DNA of 64,000 bases from Spirochaetia bacterium (lineage in GTDB: Bacteria > Spirochaetota > Spirochaetia > UBA9216): positions 288,001 through 352,000 of the forward strand of contig OZ223267.1 in assembly GCA_965140585.1 (NCBI GenBank). The letters run 5' to 3'. Shown in pieces: positions 27,150 through 37,906 of this stretch. The notes below the pieces were generated by a model. It worked only from the letters and a program-made list of their open reading frames with translations. It made no database searches and was not told the DNA's origin. The translations under genes were made by a program, and so were the position numbers. How positions within the stretch are numbered: position 1 is the stretch's first letter; each line of letters begins with the position of its first letter.

Positions 27150-29009
27150 TTATTCAAGCTCCAGCAGTATTTCCATTCCCTGTGTGAGTTCAGTTCCCGG
27201 TTCAGGAGTCTGTTTAACTACCCAGCCTTCCCCCGAGAGCTTAAGGCTGAATCGTTTGTCGTTAAGAAGTGGAAGCAGCTGTCTTTTAGTCATTCCGGTA
27301 AAATCGGGAATCGTTTCTTCGACTGTAACTGTTTTGTATTTTGGCACGGATATGTGCCCTGTATGCTCAAGTACGATATCGGTTGTTTTGGGAATACCGA
27401 GATAGGGTACTGTTTCATCAATCATTTTCTTTGCCACCGGAGCAGCAATAGTACCGCCGTAATATGACACACCCTTTGGATTCTGTATGACAACATAAAT
27501 AATCAGTCTGGGATCATCAGTCGGGAAAATAGCCAGACAGGATGCTATATAGTTTTCATCTGAATATGAACCTGTTTTCGGGTCAATGACCTGGCTTGTT
27601 CCTGTCTTTGCAGAAATTCTCAAGCCTTCCGTACGCAGTCGGTGAGCTGTTCCGCCGTCTTCGGTGGCAGTTTCCATCATCAGCAGCATTCCGCGAGCTG
27701 TCTCAGGACTGAATACTCTTCGGACAGGTTCACGTTCAACCTCGTCAATAACCTTTCCGTCGGGTGATAGTATTCGGTCAACAATATGCGGCCGCAGCAG
27801 AACTCCGTCATTTGCAAATACCGTTGCCGCTGAGGCTACCTGTACTGCTGAAACAAGAATTTCCTGTCCGAATGCAATTGTCGGCTTTGATCTGGCCGAC
27901 CACTTTTCAGGGGTTCTTATGAGTCCGGAAGATTCCCCGGGCAGAGGCAGTTGTGTCTGGCCTCCGAATCCTAGGGCAGTCAGCATCTGGTAGAAATCGT
28001 TATTGCTGACTGTATCCGAGGCATAGGCTGCGCCTGCGTTGCAGGAGTATTTTATTATTCCGGCAGGTGTAAGCGATCCATGGGTTCCCAGGCAGCGTAT
28101 GGGTTCAGGAATGGCGTCGTTTTCGTATGTGCCGTCACAGTAGAAGTGTGAGGAAGGGCTTATGCCTCTTAGTTCCATGAATGATGAGATACTGAAAATC
28201 TTCATAATTGAACCCGGCTCATAAGCGGATGAAACTGTCCTGTTCCGTCTCTCGGCTTCAGAAAAATCCCCGAATGTATTGGGATCAAAGTCAGGCATAG
28301 TCGCAGAAGCCAGAATATCACCGTTTCTCGCATCCATTACAACGATCATTACTGCATCGGCTTTATGAACTTCCATTGTTTCAGCAGCGTATTTCTCTGC
28401 GAAGTATTCAATATTTGTATCAACAGTAAGAAAAAGCTGGTTTCCATAGACATCATTCTCATCCCTGAGCTCAGGCTTTGGTGACAGGATATCGTTCATC
28501 GTATATTCAATGCCGTCCAGACCTATATTATCTGTACCTGCATATCCGATTATGTGTGAAGCCAGCCGCTTTTCGGGATAGTTTCTTCCATATTCCTTCC
28601 TGAGATAAACACCTTCAAGTTTGCCTGCTTCCTTGAGCTTGCGGATCTCTTCACTTTCTGTCGGGGTAATTTTTCGTTTTATCCACATACTGTTGTGTCT
28701 GGTGGTAAAACTGACCAGAAGATTATCATAATCGAGGTCGAGTACCGTTGATAGATACTGAGCAGTTTCTTCCGGATTGCTTACATATGGAATCCATGTT
28801 TCAACAGAATCCAGCTGATTCTGAATTGCCAGAATTCTTCCGTTCCGATCAAGAATCGGACCTCTTTCGACGACGGGTTTTGATGTAATTTGGGCGGTAT
28901 CCTGATGATTCAGAACCATCAGTGAAAAGTATTTCAAGACTATTATCAGTAATAATATTGCTGTTACTATGCTGAAAAAAAGAAATCTACGTCCTATTTT
29001 CTTATCCAT
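27150..29009 (-). CDS. Class B penicillin-binding protein (FtsI-like) with C-terminal PASTA domain
   Basis: RGPILDRNG, SIMK (SxxK), SCN (SxN), KTGT, PDFTGM..QTPEPG PASTA. Confidence 0.92.
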   Translation of the reverse strand: MDKKIGRRFLFFSIVTAILLLIIVLKYFSLMVLNHQDTAQITSKPVVERGPILDRNGRILAIQNQLDSVETWIPYVSNPEETAQYLSTVLDLDYDNLLVSFTTRHNSMWIKRKITPTESEEIRKLKEAGKLEGVYLRKEYGRNYPEKRLASHIIGYAGTDNIGLDGIEYTMNDILSPKPELRDENDVYGNQLFLTVDTNIEYFAEKYAAETMEVHKADAVMIVVMDARNGDILASATMPDFDPNTFGDFSEAERRNRTVSSAYEPGSIMKIFSISSFMELRGISPSSHFYCDGTYENDAIPEPIRCLGTHGSLTPAGIIKYSCNAGAAYASDTVSNNDFYQMLTALGFGGQTQLPLPGESSGLIRTPEKWSARSKPTIAFGQEILVSAVQVASAATVFANDGVLLRPHIVDRILSPDGKVIDEVEREPVRRVFSPETARGMLLMMETATEDGGTAHRLRTEGLRISAKTGTSQVIDPKTGSYSDENYIASCLAIFPTDDPRLIIYVVIQNPKGVSYYGGTIAAPVAKKMIDETVPYLGIPKTTDIVLEHTGHISVPKYKTVTVEETIPDFTGMTKRQLLPLLNDKRFSLKLSGEGWVVKQTPEPGTELTQGMEILLELE

Positions 29010-29358
29010 CAGCAAGTACCCTTGAATGACATACCCTTCCTATTATCAGAGTCTGCGGAATCCTTCCATAGTGTCTTGAGTCTGTAGATTCTGGAAGATT
29101 GATGCCGGTGACGAAGACTTCACTGCCTTTGACCGCCTGACACTTTTTTACTGACATCTTGCCGGAAACAGGATCTGAAAATACGATAATATCGCCTTCC
29201 TTCGGGCTGCCGATAAGATAGGCGGCACGGTTGATTATAATAAAACTCTTATCATGCAGCACCGGTTCCATAGAGCTTCCGGAAACCTTTGCAGGTGAGA
29301 AAAAGAAAGATGATGCAATAAGAAGAATACTGCAAAAAAATAAAAAAAACTTCCACAT
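29002..29358 (-). CDS. Compact S26-family (signal peptidase I-like) protease
   Basis: VSGSSMEP (Ser), GDIIVF, SVKK (Lys), STDSRHYG; only 118 aa. Confidence 0.8.
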   Translation of the reverse strand: MWKFFLFFCSILLIASSFFFSPAKVSGSSMEPVLHDKSFIIINRAAYLIGSPKEGDIIVFSDPVSGKMSVKKCQAVKGSEVFVTGINLPESTDSRHYGRIPQTLIIGRVCHSRVLADG

Positions 29359-29402
29359 AATTAAGCGATCTTATAGTAATATGTCGTCAGGAAATTGTCG
29401 AT

Positions 29403-30671
29403 ATGAATATTGTAACTATTATGATTGAATTTATTGACAAACAGAAGATTTACAAAAGACATTCATTCAGCGGTTCCCCGGGCCTTCACATGGCTGCGGG
29501 AGGCATTTTCCCCGATAAAAGTGTTGATCGTTTCCGAAAGAAACAGAGCTTCGTCCGGGGGCTTCCTGCAAGAAAGAAGAGGGTTTCACACCATACGCCC
29601 GAAGAATCAAAAAGCAATGAAAAATCCGCTCCTGCTGTCTCCAGACAGTCGGTAATAAAACGCAGAAAGCTTAATTTCTCAGGTTTCGGCCGATTTTTTT
29701 CCTCTTTGAAAGAAAAGATGTCATTTTTGAGTTTTAAGGTATTTCTGATAACAGGTCTATCGCTTTGCATTCTCGGACTTGCTGCATTTTTCACTTACAG
29801 CTGGATTCAGAATTCGCAGATGTACGATAGTCTTGCTCTTCCGCAGGATGTGAATGTCGATGACGTCCTTTATGAAAACCTTACAGTTGGATATGACGGT
29901 CAGGGCTCAGGTGAAATTGCAGGAATTGAACCAGTACTAATGCTTACAGGTGAGCCTGCATCATATGTAGTACAGCCCGGAGATACTCTTTCAGAGATTG
30001 CAAGAGATAATAACATAAAGATAGGAACTCTTATAAGCTATAACCAGATCTCCGATGTTAGAAGGCTTCTGGTCGGTATGGAGCTAAAAATTCCGGAAGC
30101 GGACGGTATTCCATACGAGGTGAAGGCTGGGGATTCGCTTTCCTCAATTGCATCAAAGTATGAACTTTCAGTAAACAGCCTTCTTGATGCAAACGACCTT
30201 CAGTCTGAGGTTATCGCTCCTGGTGATATGCTTTTTATCCCCGGCGCCGTAATGAACGAGTTTGATTACAAGAAGGCCATGGGTACACTGTTTATATATC
30301 CCACCTCAGGCAGGCTTTCATCAGGCTTCGGGTACAGACCCGACCCGTTCACCGGTCAGCGACGTTTCCACAACGGTGTTGACCTTGCAAACGGTATAGG
30401 AACTAGGATCAGTGCTACGATGTCAGGCCGTGTAGCGGCAATAGGTGAACAGGCAAGCGGATACGGCAAATATATCATTATCAAGCATGCTAACGGCTAT
30501 CAGAGTCTTTACGGACATATGGACAAGATTACAGTTCGCAAGGGCCAGTATATCAGTCAGGGTGAGAAAATAGGTGAGATGGGCAATACAGGGCGAAGCA
30601 CCGGACCGCATCTTCACTTTTCAATCTATAAAAACAATATACCGGTGAATCCGCTAACTTATTTATGGTAA
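29403..30671 (+). CDS. Membrane-anchored LysM(x2) + M23 metallopeptidase
   Basis: TM, two YxVxxGDxLSxIA LysM repeats, HNGVD and HLH zinc motifs; start uncertain (29403/29421). Confidence 0.92.
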   Translation: MNIVTIMIEFIDKQKIYKRHSFSGSPGLHMAAGGIFPDKSVDRFRKKQSFVRGLPARKKRVSHHTPEESKSNEKSAPAVSRQSVIKRRKLNFSGFGRFFSSLKEKMSFLSFKVFLITGLSLCILGLAAFFTYSWIQNSQMYDSLALPQDVNVDDVLYENLTVGYDGQGSGEIAGIEPVLMLTGEPASYVVQPGDTLSEIARDNNIKIGTLISYNQISDVRRLLVGMELKIPEADGIPYEVKAGDSLSSIASKYELSVNSLLDANDLQSEVIAPGDMLFIPGAVMNEFDYKKAMGTLFIYPTSGRLSSGFGYRPDPFTGQRRFHNGVDLANGIGTRISATMSGRVAAIGEQASGYGKYIIIKHANGYQSLYGHMDKITVRKGQYISQGEKIGEMGNTGRSTGPHLHFSIYKNNIPVNPLTYLW

Positions 30672-30709
30672 GAGGAACTTACCATAAATAAGTCCTTATT
30701 CTATGGTAA
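30657..30709. repeat. 16-bp perfect inverted repeat plus a third near-copy arm at the LysM gene 3' end
   Basis: ACTTATTTATGGTAAG-AGGAA-CTTACCATAAATAAGT, then CTTATTCTATGGTAA. Confidence 0.85.
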
Positions 30710-30736
30710 AAGAAATATTGAAATGTGTTGTCTATG

Positions 30737-30767
30737 GGCTGACTTTTTAAAAGTCAGCCTTTTTTTT
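30737..30767 (+). terminator. Intrinsic terminator between convergent LysM and MFS genes
   Basis: GGCTGACTTT/AAAGTCAGCC stem followed by T8; overlaps the MFS stop codon. Confidence 0.8.
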
Positions 30768-32012
30768 GAGGATCATGACGGGTGCAAGGCAAAGAAGATA
30801 TATCAGTGATGAAGCTCTGTATATTGCAGGTGTCGGAATAAAGCCGTCGGAATTATTAAGGACTGTCGGTATGCCGAAATGGTTTATTAAAAATGAACCT
30901 ATAGCCGGTCCGATTATCATCGGCAGCATAACCAGGAATATAAGTCTTACTCCCTGAAACTGTCCCCGGCTTTCTTCCGGCATTAGATTCCGTGCCCAGG
31001 CTCCAAGCACTATAAGCATTAGAAAACCGAAGTTTTTCAGGATCCCGAAAAGCACCAGCAGCGGGAGACTTTTCACTGAGCCGAAAAAGAACTGACCGGC
31101 AGCGGAAATAATAAATCCGGCAACAAGGACAGGAAGCCCGTATCCCTTATCTGATAGTTTACCTATAGGAATTGCAAAAATTATCAGAACGGGCGCTACA
31201 AGGGCTGTGAGAAGCCCTGTAAGGCTTTTGGAGATGCCGATATAGTTGTTAAGGTAGATTATTTCAAATGGACTGACGACCTGCTGGGCAATTGAGGAAA
31301 TTGCTATTGTTACAAAAACAATATACAGCGCCCTGTTCCTGCTTATGACAGAAGGTCTGAAAACCTTTATGAGCTCAATGATAAAAACGCTACGGTTTTG
31401 CATGTTTGAGGGGGTAAGCCCGGGACTCTCCTTCAGCATTGCCGATCCTGTGATGCCGAGTATTAGGACAAGTGCCCCCAGTACAAGGAAAAAAGGAAAA
31501 TAACCCAGTTTATCTATCAGAAGCCCGGATACTCCTGTTCCCAGAACAACCGCGAATACCGGCAGCATCATCAGTATTCCCTCTGTAAGTCCCCTGTTTT
31601 TTTTATTTGTGATATCGGTAACCCAGGCATTGAAAGCAGCATCGTTGGCAGATGAACCGAAGAAAGTCATTACCGCATCAAGCAGTACAACCAGGAAAAC
31701 TGCTCTCTGTATAGTACCGGCCCATCCGGACATGGGAAATACGGCTGTTGAAAGCGCCCACAGAACATATCCGAAAAATATAAAGGGTTTACGCCGTCCG
31801 ATTCTGTCGCTAATTGTTCCTATAATAAGAGTTGTAAGAGTGGCAACTATTGAGCTGACAGCAACCATGACAGCTATCGGTTCGGGATTCGGTGTGATTG
31901 TATCGAATACAAACGTGTTGAACCAGGAGTTTTCCACATTCCAGGCAATCTGACCTCCCAGACCGAGCATAATAATTACAGCTATATTTCTTCCTGAAAG
32001 TCCGTTATTCAT
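30747..32012 (-). CDS. MFS transporter (probable sugar/glycoside)
   Basis: About 12 TM segments, GTISDRIGRRKP and GKLSDK motifs; overlaps the GH2 stop. Confidence 0.9.
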   Translation of the reverse strand: MNNGLSGRNIAVIIMLGLGGQIAWNVENSWFNTFVFDTITPNPEPIAVMVAVSSIVATLTTLIIGTISDRIGRRKPFIFFGYVLWALSTAVFPMSGWAGTIQRAVFLVVLLDAVMTFFGSSANDAAFNAWVTDITNKKNRGLTEGILMMLPVFAVVLGTGVSGLLIDKLGYFPFFLVLGALVLILGITGSAMLKESPGLTPSNMQNRSVFIIELIKVFRPSVISRNRALYIVFVTIAISSIAQQVVSPFEIIYLNNYIGISKSLTGLLTALVAPVLIIFAIPIGKLSDKGYGLPVLVAGFIISAAGQFFFGSVKSLPLLVLFGILKNFGFLMLIVLGAWARNLMPEESRGQFQGVRLIFLVMLPMIIGPAIGSFLINHFGIPTVLNNSDGFIPTPAIYRASSLIYLLCLAPVMILKKKADF

Positions 32013-33768
32013 TGTTTTCGCACCTTTTTAATTCCATATAAATTTCAAGATTCAGTTTCTGAACTGTATTTCTGTCAATTTTAAGCTCCTTGCGATCATA
32101 GGTGTACAGTCCATTAATTTCAATTTCAACATCTGAAAGCTGAGTATAGACGGCAGCAGACAGCCCCCTGCTTATAAGAGGGATAAGCTGTTCCCTGATA
32201 AGCTCGGTGTATTTTTTAGTAAGCTCTTCAGAGGATTTCATTGTTTTATAACCGAATTCTTTTTCTTTATTCCATAACCGTCCCTCAACAGCCAGATTGT
32301 ATCCGCCGTATTCGGAAATAAAATAGGCTCGTTTATCCTTCCTTTTGGGGTCCTTCAGCTTGATGAAGTATACATGCCTGCTGTTAAAATCGCCCCCTCC
32401 CTGATCAAACCAGCCGGAAGTGCGATCAACAAGTCTTGATGGGTCGGAATCTTCTGTAATCCTTCCGATTTCCTGTGAATCAAACTGTCCCCAGCCTTCG
32501 TTAAACGGAACCCACATGACAATCGAAGGATGATTGTACAGGTGGTTTATTAATCCCTTAAGTTCCTCTTTAAAGAATTGACGATTTTCAGCATTTTTTC
32601 TGCCCAGACGGCTACGGCTGTATCTTCCTGTGTCTTTAATCCTGAATCCGAAAAGCAATGCCATCAAGGTAAGCGGGCTGTTTGCTATGTGTCTGCCTCC
32701 GGAAATCATATCCTGAATAACTAGCATACCAAGACGATCAGCATGATAATACCATCTTCTCGGTTCAATTTTGATATGCTTGCGTACAGAGTTAAAACCC
32801 AGCTTCCTGACTGCTTCAATATCAAAGATCATTGCCTCGTCATCCGGCGGAGTCATACCCGATTCAGGCCAGTAACCCTGATCAAGCGGGGCATGCAGAA
32901 AAACTGGGTTGCCGTTTAAAAAAATCCTTTTAAACCCTGAGCTTCCTTCCCTTAGTTCTATTTTTCTAAATGCGAAATACCCGGTTATTGTATCAGCACT
33001 GCTGTCTTTGAGACTTAATCTGAAACTATAGAGAACCGGTTTTGAGGGTGACCAGAGTTCAGGCTCACTGACTCTAAACCGGTTTGTGCCGCCGGCATTA
33101 AATGTTGCTTCTATGATTTTACTGCCGCCCAGCATAATCTCGAGTATTGCTTCACTATCTTTCTCAAGATCAGCAGTCAGTTCTATTTCTGAACTATACG
33201 GATCCGCGGTTATCTTATAAGCTTTAATATGATTGCATAAAGGGACAGCTTCAAGCCAAACTGTCTGCCAGATTCCGCTTGTTGCTGTATAAAAGATTGT
33301 TGCAGGCTTTAAGCTCTGCTTTCCCCGCTGGTTAAAGCTTTCGTCTGAAGGATCTTTTACTGATAGAATTATTTCATTCTCACCCGGAAGCAGATGTTCT
33401 GTGATATCAAAGGAAAAGGGCAGGTATCCGCCTTTGTGTGAACCGGCAGTCTTCCTGTTTACATAACATACGCATTCCCAGTCAACTGCCTCAAAATTCA
33501 GAAGGATCCTCATCTCAGACCATTCTTCCGGAATTGTAAAGACTCTTCTGTACCATAACACTTCATCCGGCAGAAGTTTTCCGCCTACTCCGGACTTTTC
33601 AGTCTCTATAGAGTAGGGAACAAGAATCCTGCCGTTAAAGGTATCCGGAATTATTTGTTCATTATTGTTTATTGTGTAATTCCAGTACCCGTTGAGACAT
33701 TTCCACCGTTCCCTGACCATCTGGGGTCTTGGATATTCAGAATGCGGTATCACTAAGTCTGATGACAA
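32005..33768 (-). CDS. Glycoside hydrolase family 2
   Basis: YPRPQ, LNG.W, FEAVD, H.GGY, SGIWQTVWLE, FNEGWGQ (acid/base), SEYGG (nucleophile); TTG start with GGAGG. Confidence 0.9.
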   Translation of the reverse strand: MSSDLVIPHSEYPRPQMVRERWKCLNGYWNYTINNNEQIIPDTFNGRILVPYSIETEKSGVGGKLLPDEVLWYRRVFTIPEEWSEMRILLNFEAVDWECVCYVNRKTAGSHKGGYLPFSFDITEHLLPGENEIILSVKDPSDESFNQRGKQSLKPATIFYTATSGIWQTVWLEAVPLCNHIKAYKITADPYSSEIELTADLEKDSEAILEIMLGGSKIIEATFNAGGTNRFRVSEPELWSPSKPVLYSFRLSLKDSSADTITGYFAFRKIELREGSSGFKRIFLNGNPVFLHAPLDQGYWPESGMTPPDDEAMIFDIEAVRKLGFNSVRKHIKIEPRRWYYHADRLGMLVIQDMISGGRHIANSPLTLMALLFGFRIKDTGRYSRSRLGRKNAENRQFFKEELKGLINHLYNHPSIVMWVPFNEGWGQFDSQEIGRITEDSDPSRLVDRTSGWFDQGGGDFNSRHVYFIKLKDPKRKDKRAYFISEYGGYNLAVEGRLWNKEKEFGYKTMKSSEELTKKYTELIREQLIPLISRGLSAAVYTQLSDVEIEINGLYTYDRKELKIDRNTVQKLNLEIYMELKRCENNE

Positions 33769-33792
33769 GTATGCCTCCCGGGTACTTTACTG

Positions 33793-36522
33793 CTACTGGT
33801 TAACCCCGCAGCAGTGTTTGTATTTCTTACCGCTGCCGCAGGGGCAGGGATCGTTGCGTCCTACTTTCGGCATACTTCTTTTTACCTGGGTTCCACGAGG
33901 TGTGGCTTCAGCCGCTTCACCCCCCTGGGGTGAACCTCCGCCTGCGAAAGCTCCGAGTTCAGCATGTTTGGTCTGAATATTCAGATCAGGCTTTCTTCTT
34001 TCATCACGATCATAGCGCTTGATTCTTACTTTTATTGCCTTTCTTGCAATATTCAGTTTTATGTCCATGATCAGTTTGTCGAAGATATCAAAACCTTCAA
34101 GCTTGTATTCCAGAAGCGGATTTTTCTGTGCATAGGATCGAAGGTAAACAGCTTCACGCAGTGCTTCAAGGTTTTCAAGATGTTCCTGCCATTTGCTGTC
34201 TATACTTTTCAGGTATTCAAAACGGATAAACTGGTTGAAATTATCTTTGCCTAGTTTTTCTTCTTTTTCCCTGATATCCTCGGTAATATAGTTCATGATT
34301 CTGCTTTGAAGATCTGCCTCGGTGAGTGCGGCAAAATTTTCGTCACCGGGTTCATACATGAAATTCAGCATTAAATCTTCATAAAACTGAGTGACAGCGC
34401 CCGGATTATCTTTGCCGCCGTTTCCACGGAAGGCATCAACTAAATCCTCAGTTATTTCTTCAGCAGTGTCCAGAATCCTCCTGCTGAGATCTGCATTCTG
34501 GGTTATGTCATCACGTTGAGAGTAGATGAACTTTCTCTGTTCATTTAGAACATCGTCAAAGTCAAGAAGGTGTTTTCTGATTTCGAAGTTACGGTCCTCA
34601 ACCCTTGTCTGAGCACGTTCGATTGCCCTGTTTATCAGAGGATGGTAAAGCGGCTCACCGTCCTGCATTCCTGAACGGGCCATTATCGAACGCAGGCTGT
34701 CACGGGCAAAGAGTCTCATAAGATCATCATCCAGACTGAGGAAGAACCTCGATTCTCCGGGGTCTCCCTGACGTCCGGAACGTCCTCTGAGCTGGTTGTC
34801 TATACGCCTTGATTCATGACGTTCAGTTCCAAGAATGTACAGACCACCAAGATCTTTTACCTTTTGATAATCCTGCTTCCATTTTTCGTATTCAGCTTCA
34901 TAGGCTTTCTGAAAAACTTCTTCAGAGGCCTCAGTTCCGGCTTTTTTCCTGGCTCTGAACTCCGGGTTACCGCCAAGTTTGATATCTGTACCACGGCCGG
35001 CCATGTTTGTCGCAATGGTTACGCTCCCTTCAGCTCCAGCTTCGGCAATAATCATTGCTTCACGGGAATGGTTTTTGGCATTGAGCACTTCATGCCTCAC
35101 ACCGCGCTTCATAAGAAGTTTTGAAATTCTCTCTGATTTTTCGATAGAAACAGTTCCTACAAGGATAGGCTGGCCTTTTTCATTAACCCTGGCAATCTCA
35201 TCACATATTGCATTGTTCTTTATTTCTTCGTTGAAATAGATAACATCGTCATCATCATTTCTTGCAACAGGTCTGTTGGTAGGGATAACAACTACATCGA
35301 GTCCGTAGATACTGTTGAATTCCTTTGCCTCGGTATCGGCTGTACCAGTCATTCCCGAAATTTTGTCATACATTCTGAAGAAATTCTGAAAGGTAATTGT
35401 TGCAAGAGTACGGTTTCTTTTGGCAACCTTGATGTGCTCCTTGGCCTCAATTGCCTGATGAAGACCGTCGGAGTATCTTCGCCCATGCAGTATACGGCCG
35501 GTAAACTCATCAACAATCTGTACCTGTCCGGCTTCTACAACGTAATCAACATCCTTTTTATAAAGGGTATGTGCTCTTACAGCCTGTGTAATATAATGTA
35601 TAAGTTCAAAATTTTCATCATTATACAGAGAATCCTTGATAACACCGGCTTTCAGGAAAATCTTTTCAACGTTGTTCAGACCCTCTTCTGTAAAGGTGAC
35701 TTTCTTCGATTTTTCCTCAAGCTTGTAATCTCCTACCGGCTCTTCAGGATATTCACCTGTTTCCGGATCTATATCACATTCTTTGAGCTGATTAACAAAG
35801 GCGTTTACCTGATTGAATTTTCCGGTATCATCATCAGCAGCACCCGAAATTATAAGAGGAGTTCTTGCCTCATCAATAAGGATTGAGTCAATTTCGTCAA
35901 TAATACAGTAGTTATGAACTTTCTGAACACGTCCGTCAGAAGTCCATTTCATGTTGTCACGAAGGTAATCAAAGCCAAGTTCATTATTGGTCCCGTAAGT
36001 TATATCGCACTCATATGCCTTCTTTCTGGCCTCAGGGTCCATATCAGACAGGACTGCGCCTACTTTAACTCCAAGAAGGTCGTATATCGGTGTCATCCAC
36101 AATGCATCTCGTCCTGCCAGGTAGTCATTGACCGTAACGATATGTACACCTCTTCCTGTAAGGCTGTTGAGGTAGGCTGCTGCGACGCTGGAGAGCGTTT
36201 TACCTTCACCGGTTTTCATCTCCATTATCTTTCCCTGATGAAGAACAATTCCGCCAAGCAGCTGTACATCATAGGGCCGTTCACCAAGAGCCCTTCTCGA
36301 GGCTTCTCTGGCCAGTGCATAGGCTTCCGGTAATATGGAATCAAGGCTTTCGCCGTCTTTTATTCTTGATTTAAAGGCTTCGGTCTGGGCAGGGAAGTCT
36401 TCGGATGGAATGCTTACGGCCCAGCTCTCTTTTTCATTGATTTTGTGAAGTATGGGCAGAAGTTCCTTCAGGTCGCGTTCATGCTTCGAGCCCACTATGG
36501 TAGTCAATATTTTTTTGAGCAT
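33793..36522 (-). CDS. secA: Protein translocase SecA
   Basis: [55 protein letters not shown]; SD AGGAG. Confidence 0.99.
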   Translation of the reverse strand: MLKKILTTIVGSKHERDLKELLPILHKINEKESWAVSIPSEDFPAQTEAFKSRIKDGESLDSILPEAYALAREASRRALGERPYDVQLLGGIVLHQGKIMEMKTGEGKTLSSVAAAYLNSLTGRGVHIVTVNDYLAGRDALWMTPIYDLLGVKVGAVLSDMDPEARKKAYECDITYGTNNELGFDYLRDNMKWTSDGRVQKVHNYCIIDEIDSILIDEARTPLIISGAADDDTGKFNQVNAFVNQLKECDIDPETGEYPEEPVGDYKLEEKSKKVTFTEEGLNNVEKIFLKAGVIKDSLYNDENFELIHYITQAVRAHTLYKKDVDYVVEAGQVQIVDEFTGRILHGRRYSDGLHQAIEAKEHIKVAKRNRTLATITFQNFFRMYDKISGMTGTADTEAKEFNSIYGLDVVVIPTNRPVARNDDDDVIYFNEEIKNNAICDEIARVNEKGQPILVGTVSIEKSERISKLLMKRGVRHEVLNAKNHSREAMIIAEAGAEGSVTIATNMAGRGTDIKLGGNPEFRARKKAGTEASEEVFQKAYEAEYEKWKQDYQKVKDLGGLYILGTERHESRRIDNQLRGRSGRQGDPGESRFFLSLDDDLMRLFARDSLRSIMARSGMQDGEPLYHPLINRAIERAQTRVEDRNFEIRKHLLDFDDVLNEQRKFIYSQRDDITQNADLSRRILDTAEEITEDLVDAFRGNGGKDNPGAVTQFYEDLMLNFMYEPGDENFAALTEADLQSRIMNYITEDIREKEEKLGKDNFNQFIRFEYLKSIDSKWQEHLENLEALREAVYLRSYAQKNPLLEYKLEGFDIFDKLIMDIKLNIARKAIKVRIKRYDRDERRKPDLNIQTKHAELGAFAGGGSPQGGEAAEATPRGTQVKRSMPKVGRNDPCPCGSGKKYKHCCGVNQ

Positions 36523-36629
36523 CAGATATCTCCTAAACAATTGAATATAATATAATACTATTTTTTTTTATTGTATACATTAACGCGTTTTTTGGAGCCC
36601 TCTGACATAAAACTCATAGAATTGACCCT

Positions 36630-36658
36630 TTGACTAAGAGGTTAACAGATAGTAGTAT
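36630..36658 (+). promoter_or_regulatory. Sigma70 promoter, probably giving a leaderless mRNA
   Basis: TTGACT-N17-TAGTAT-N6-ATG, no SD. Confidence 0.55.
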
Positions 36659-36664
36659 CTTCCT

Positions 36665-37906
36665 ATGAAAATCAGACAGTTCTTACTATGCCTTGGGCTC
36701 TCACTGATGCTCGCAGGACTTGTATCATGCCGTGATGATGAACTCGGTATTCTTGAACGGGAAAACCTGTTCAGTATGGATATCGGAAAAATGGAAGATC
36801 AGCTTTTCATCCAGCAGGAAGACGGAGTCAACGCCAGAGGACGAATAAGTCTAAAGATGAATGACGGTTTTTTCCAGATTTCGAACGGTGATTCTTTCAA
36901 GGTTATGGAGTTCAATTCCTTCGGAGATCTGATTTCATTGTTTTACAATCCATCTGAAAATCCTGAACCTGTTATCATTTCCTCTGAAAAGCGGGCAGGA
37001 ACAGATGTAACTAGAGGTGCTACAACCTATTCCTTCAATGACCCCGGTGATGTCATCAAGACATCAGGAGGAGACCTTCTTGTCAATGACCTTATTTCTG
37101 AAATGAGATGGGAAGATGACGAGAATATTGATGCCAGACTAGATAGAATCGTACTGCGGTTTGATCGCAACGGTGACTTTGTCTCGTATCTCGGACAGGA
37201 AGGCCTTGGCGGAACCCCCTTTCCGTATATACAGTCATTGTATACATCTGGTGATGATGAGGTTGTTGTGGTCACAAGGAACCCCGGAGGCTGGCGTATT
37301 TACTGGTTTACAAGAATGGGCGATCCTCTTTATATGGTTGATTTCAGAAATGAACTTCTTCCATCTCCCGATGGTGAGCGGATAGTTTCTATCGAAAATA
37401 TTTTTCCCGATCCGGACAATCGGATATGCTATCTGAAACTGGATTATTACCTTAGAGATAAGGAAAACAACGATAATATTAAATTTGATAAATCAGTTAT
37501 CTACTGGTACGATCTGGGTGAGCAGAAGTATACAGGAAGTGTTGATCTTCCGCGAAATATCGTTAAATCCGAGGAACCGGTAATTTTTGAGGCCAGGGAA
37601 CATGAATATCTCTACGAATTCCTCGGAGTTGCCCACGGACCATACTTTTATTTGATGAGTCCTGATGAAGGCACCTTCTACCGCCTTGTCGTGCTGTCTC
37701 CGTCCGGACAGGTTGAAGGCCGTGCTCTTGTAAACTTCTCTGATGAGGAAATTTTTTACCGCAGCTATAGTCTGAACCGTGACGGAATTCTCAGCGCTAT
37801 TGTTGTGGGTGAGTACGGAGCTGATGTTGTATGGTGGCGGAGCGACCGTTTTATAGAGGAAAAAGGTAATGAAAATCGTCAGTTCTTCAAGAATGCAGGA
37901 AATTGA
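36665..37906 (+). CDS. Spirochete lipoprotein of unknown function (beta-rich)
   Basis: Signal peptide with LVSC lipobox; KVMEFNSFGDLI and YLGQEGLGGTPFP motifs. Confidence 0.8.
   Translation: MKIRQFLLCLGLSLMLAGLVSCRDDELGILERENLFSMDIGKMEDQLFIQQEDGVNARGRISLKMNDGFFQISNGDSFKVMEFNSFGDLISLFYNPSENPEPVIISSEKRAGTDVTRGATTYSFNDPGDVIKTSGGDLLVNDLISEMRWEDDENIDARLDRIVLRFDRNGDFVSYLGQEGLGGTPFPYIQSLYTSGDDEVVVVTRNPGGWRIYWFTRMGDPLYMVDFRNELLPSPDGERIVSIENIFPDPDNRICYLKLDYYLRDKENNDNIKFDKSVIYWYDLGEQKYTGSVDLPRNIVKSEEPVIFEAREHEYLYEFLGVAHGPYFYLMSPDEGTFYRLVVLSPSGQVEGRALVNFSDEEIFYRSYSLNRDGILSAIVVGEYGADVVWWRSDRFIEEKGNENRQFFKNAGN

Noticed and set aside
29334-29349. A7-T-A8 tract at the start of the S26 peptidase gene as a phase-variation site
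   Set aside because: Explained by Phe/Leu codons of the TM segment; interrupted tract, frame intact
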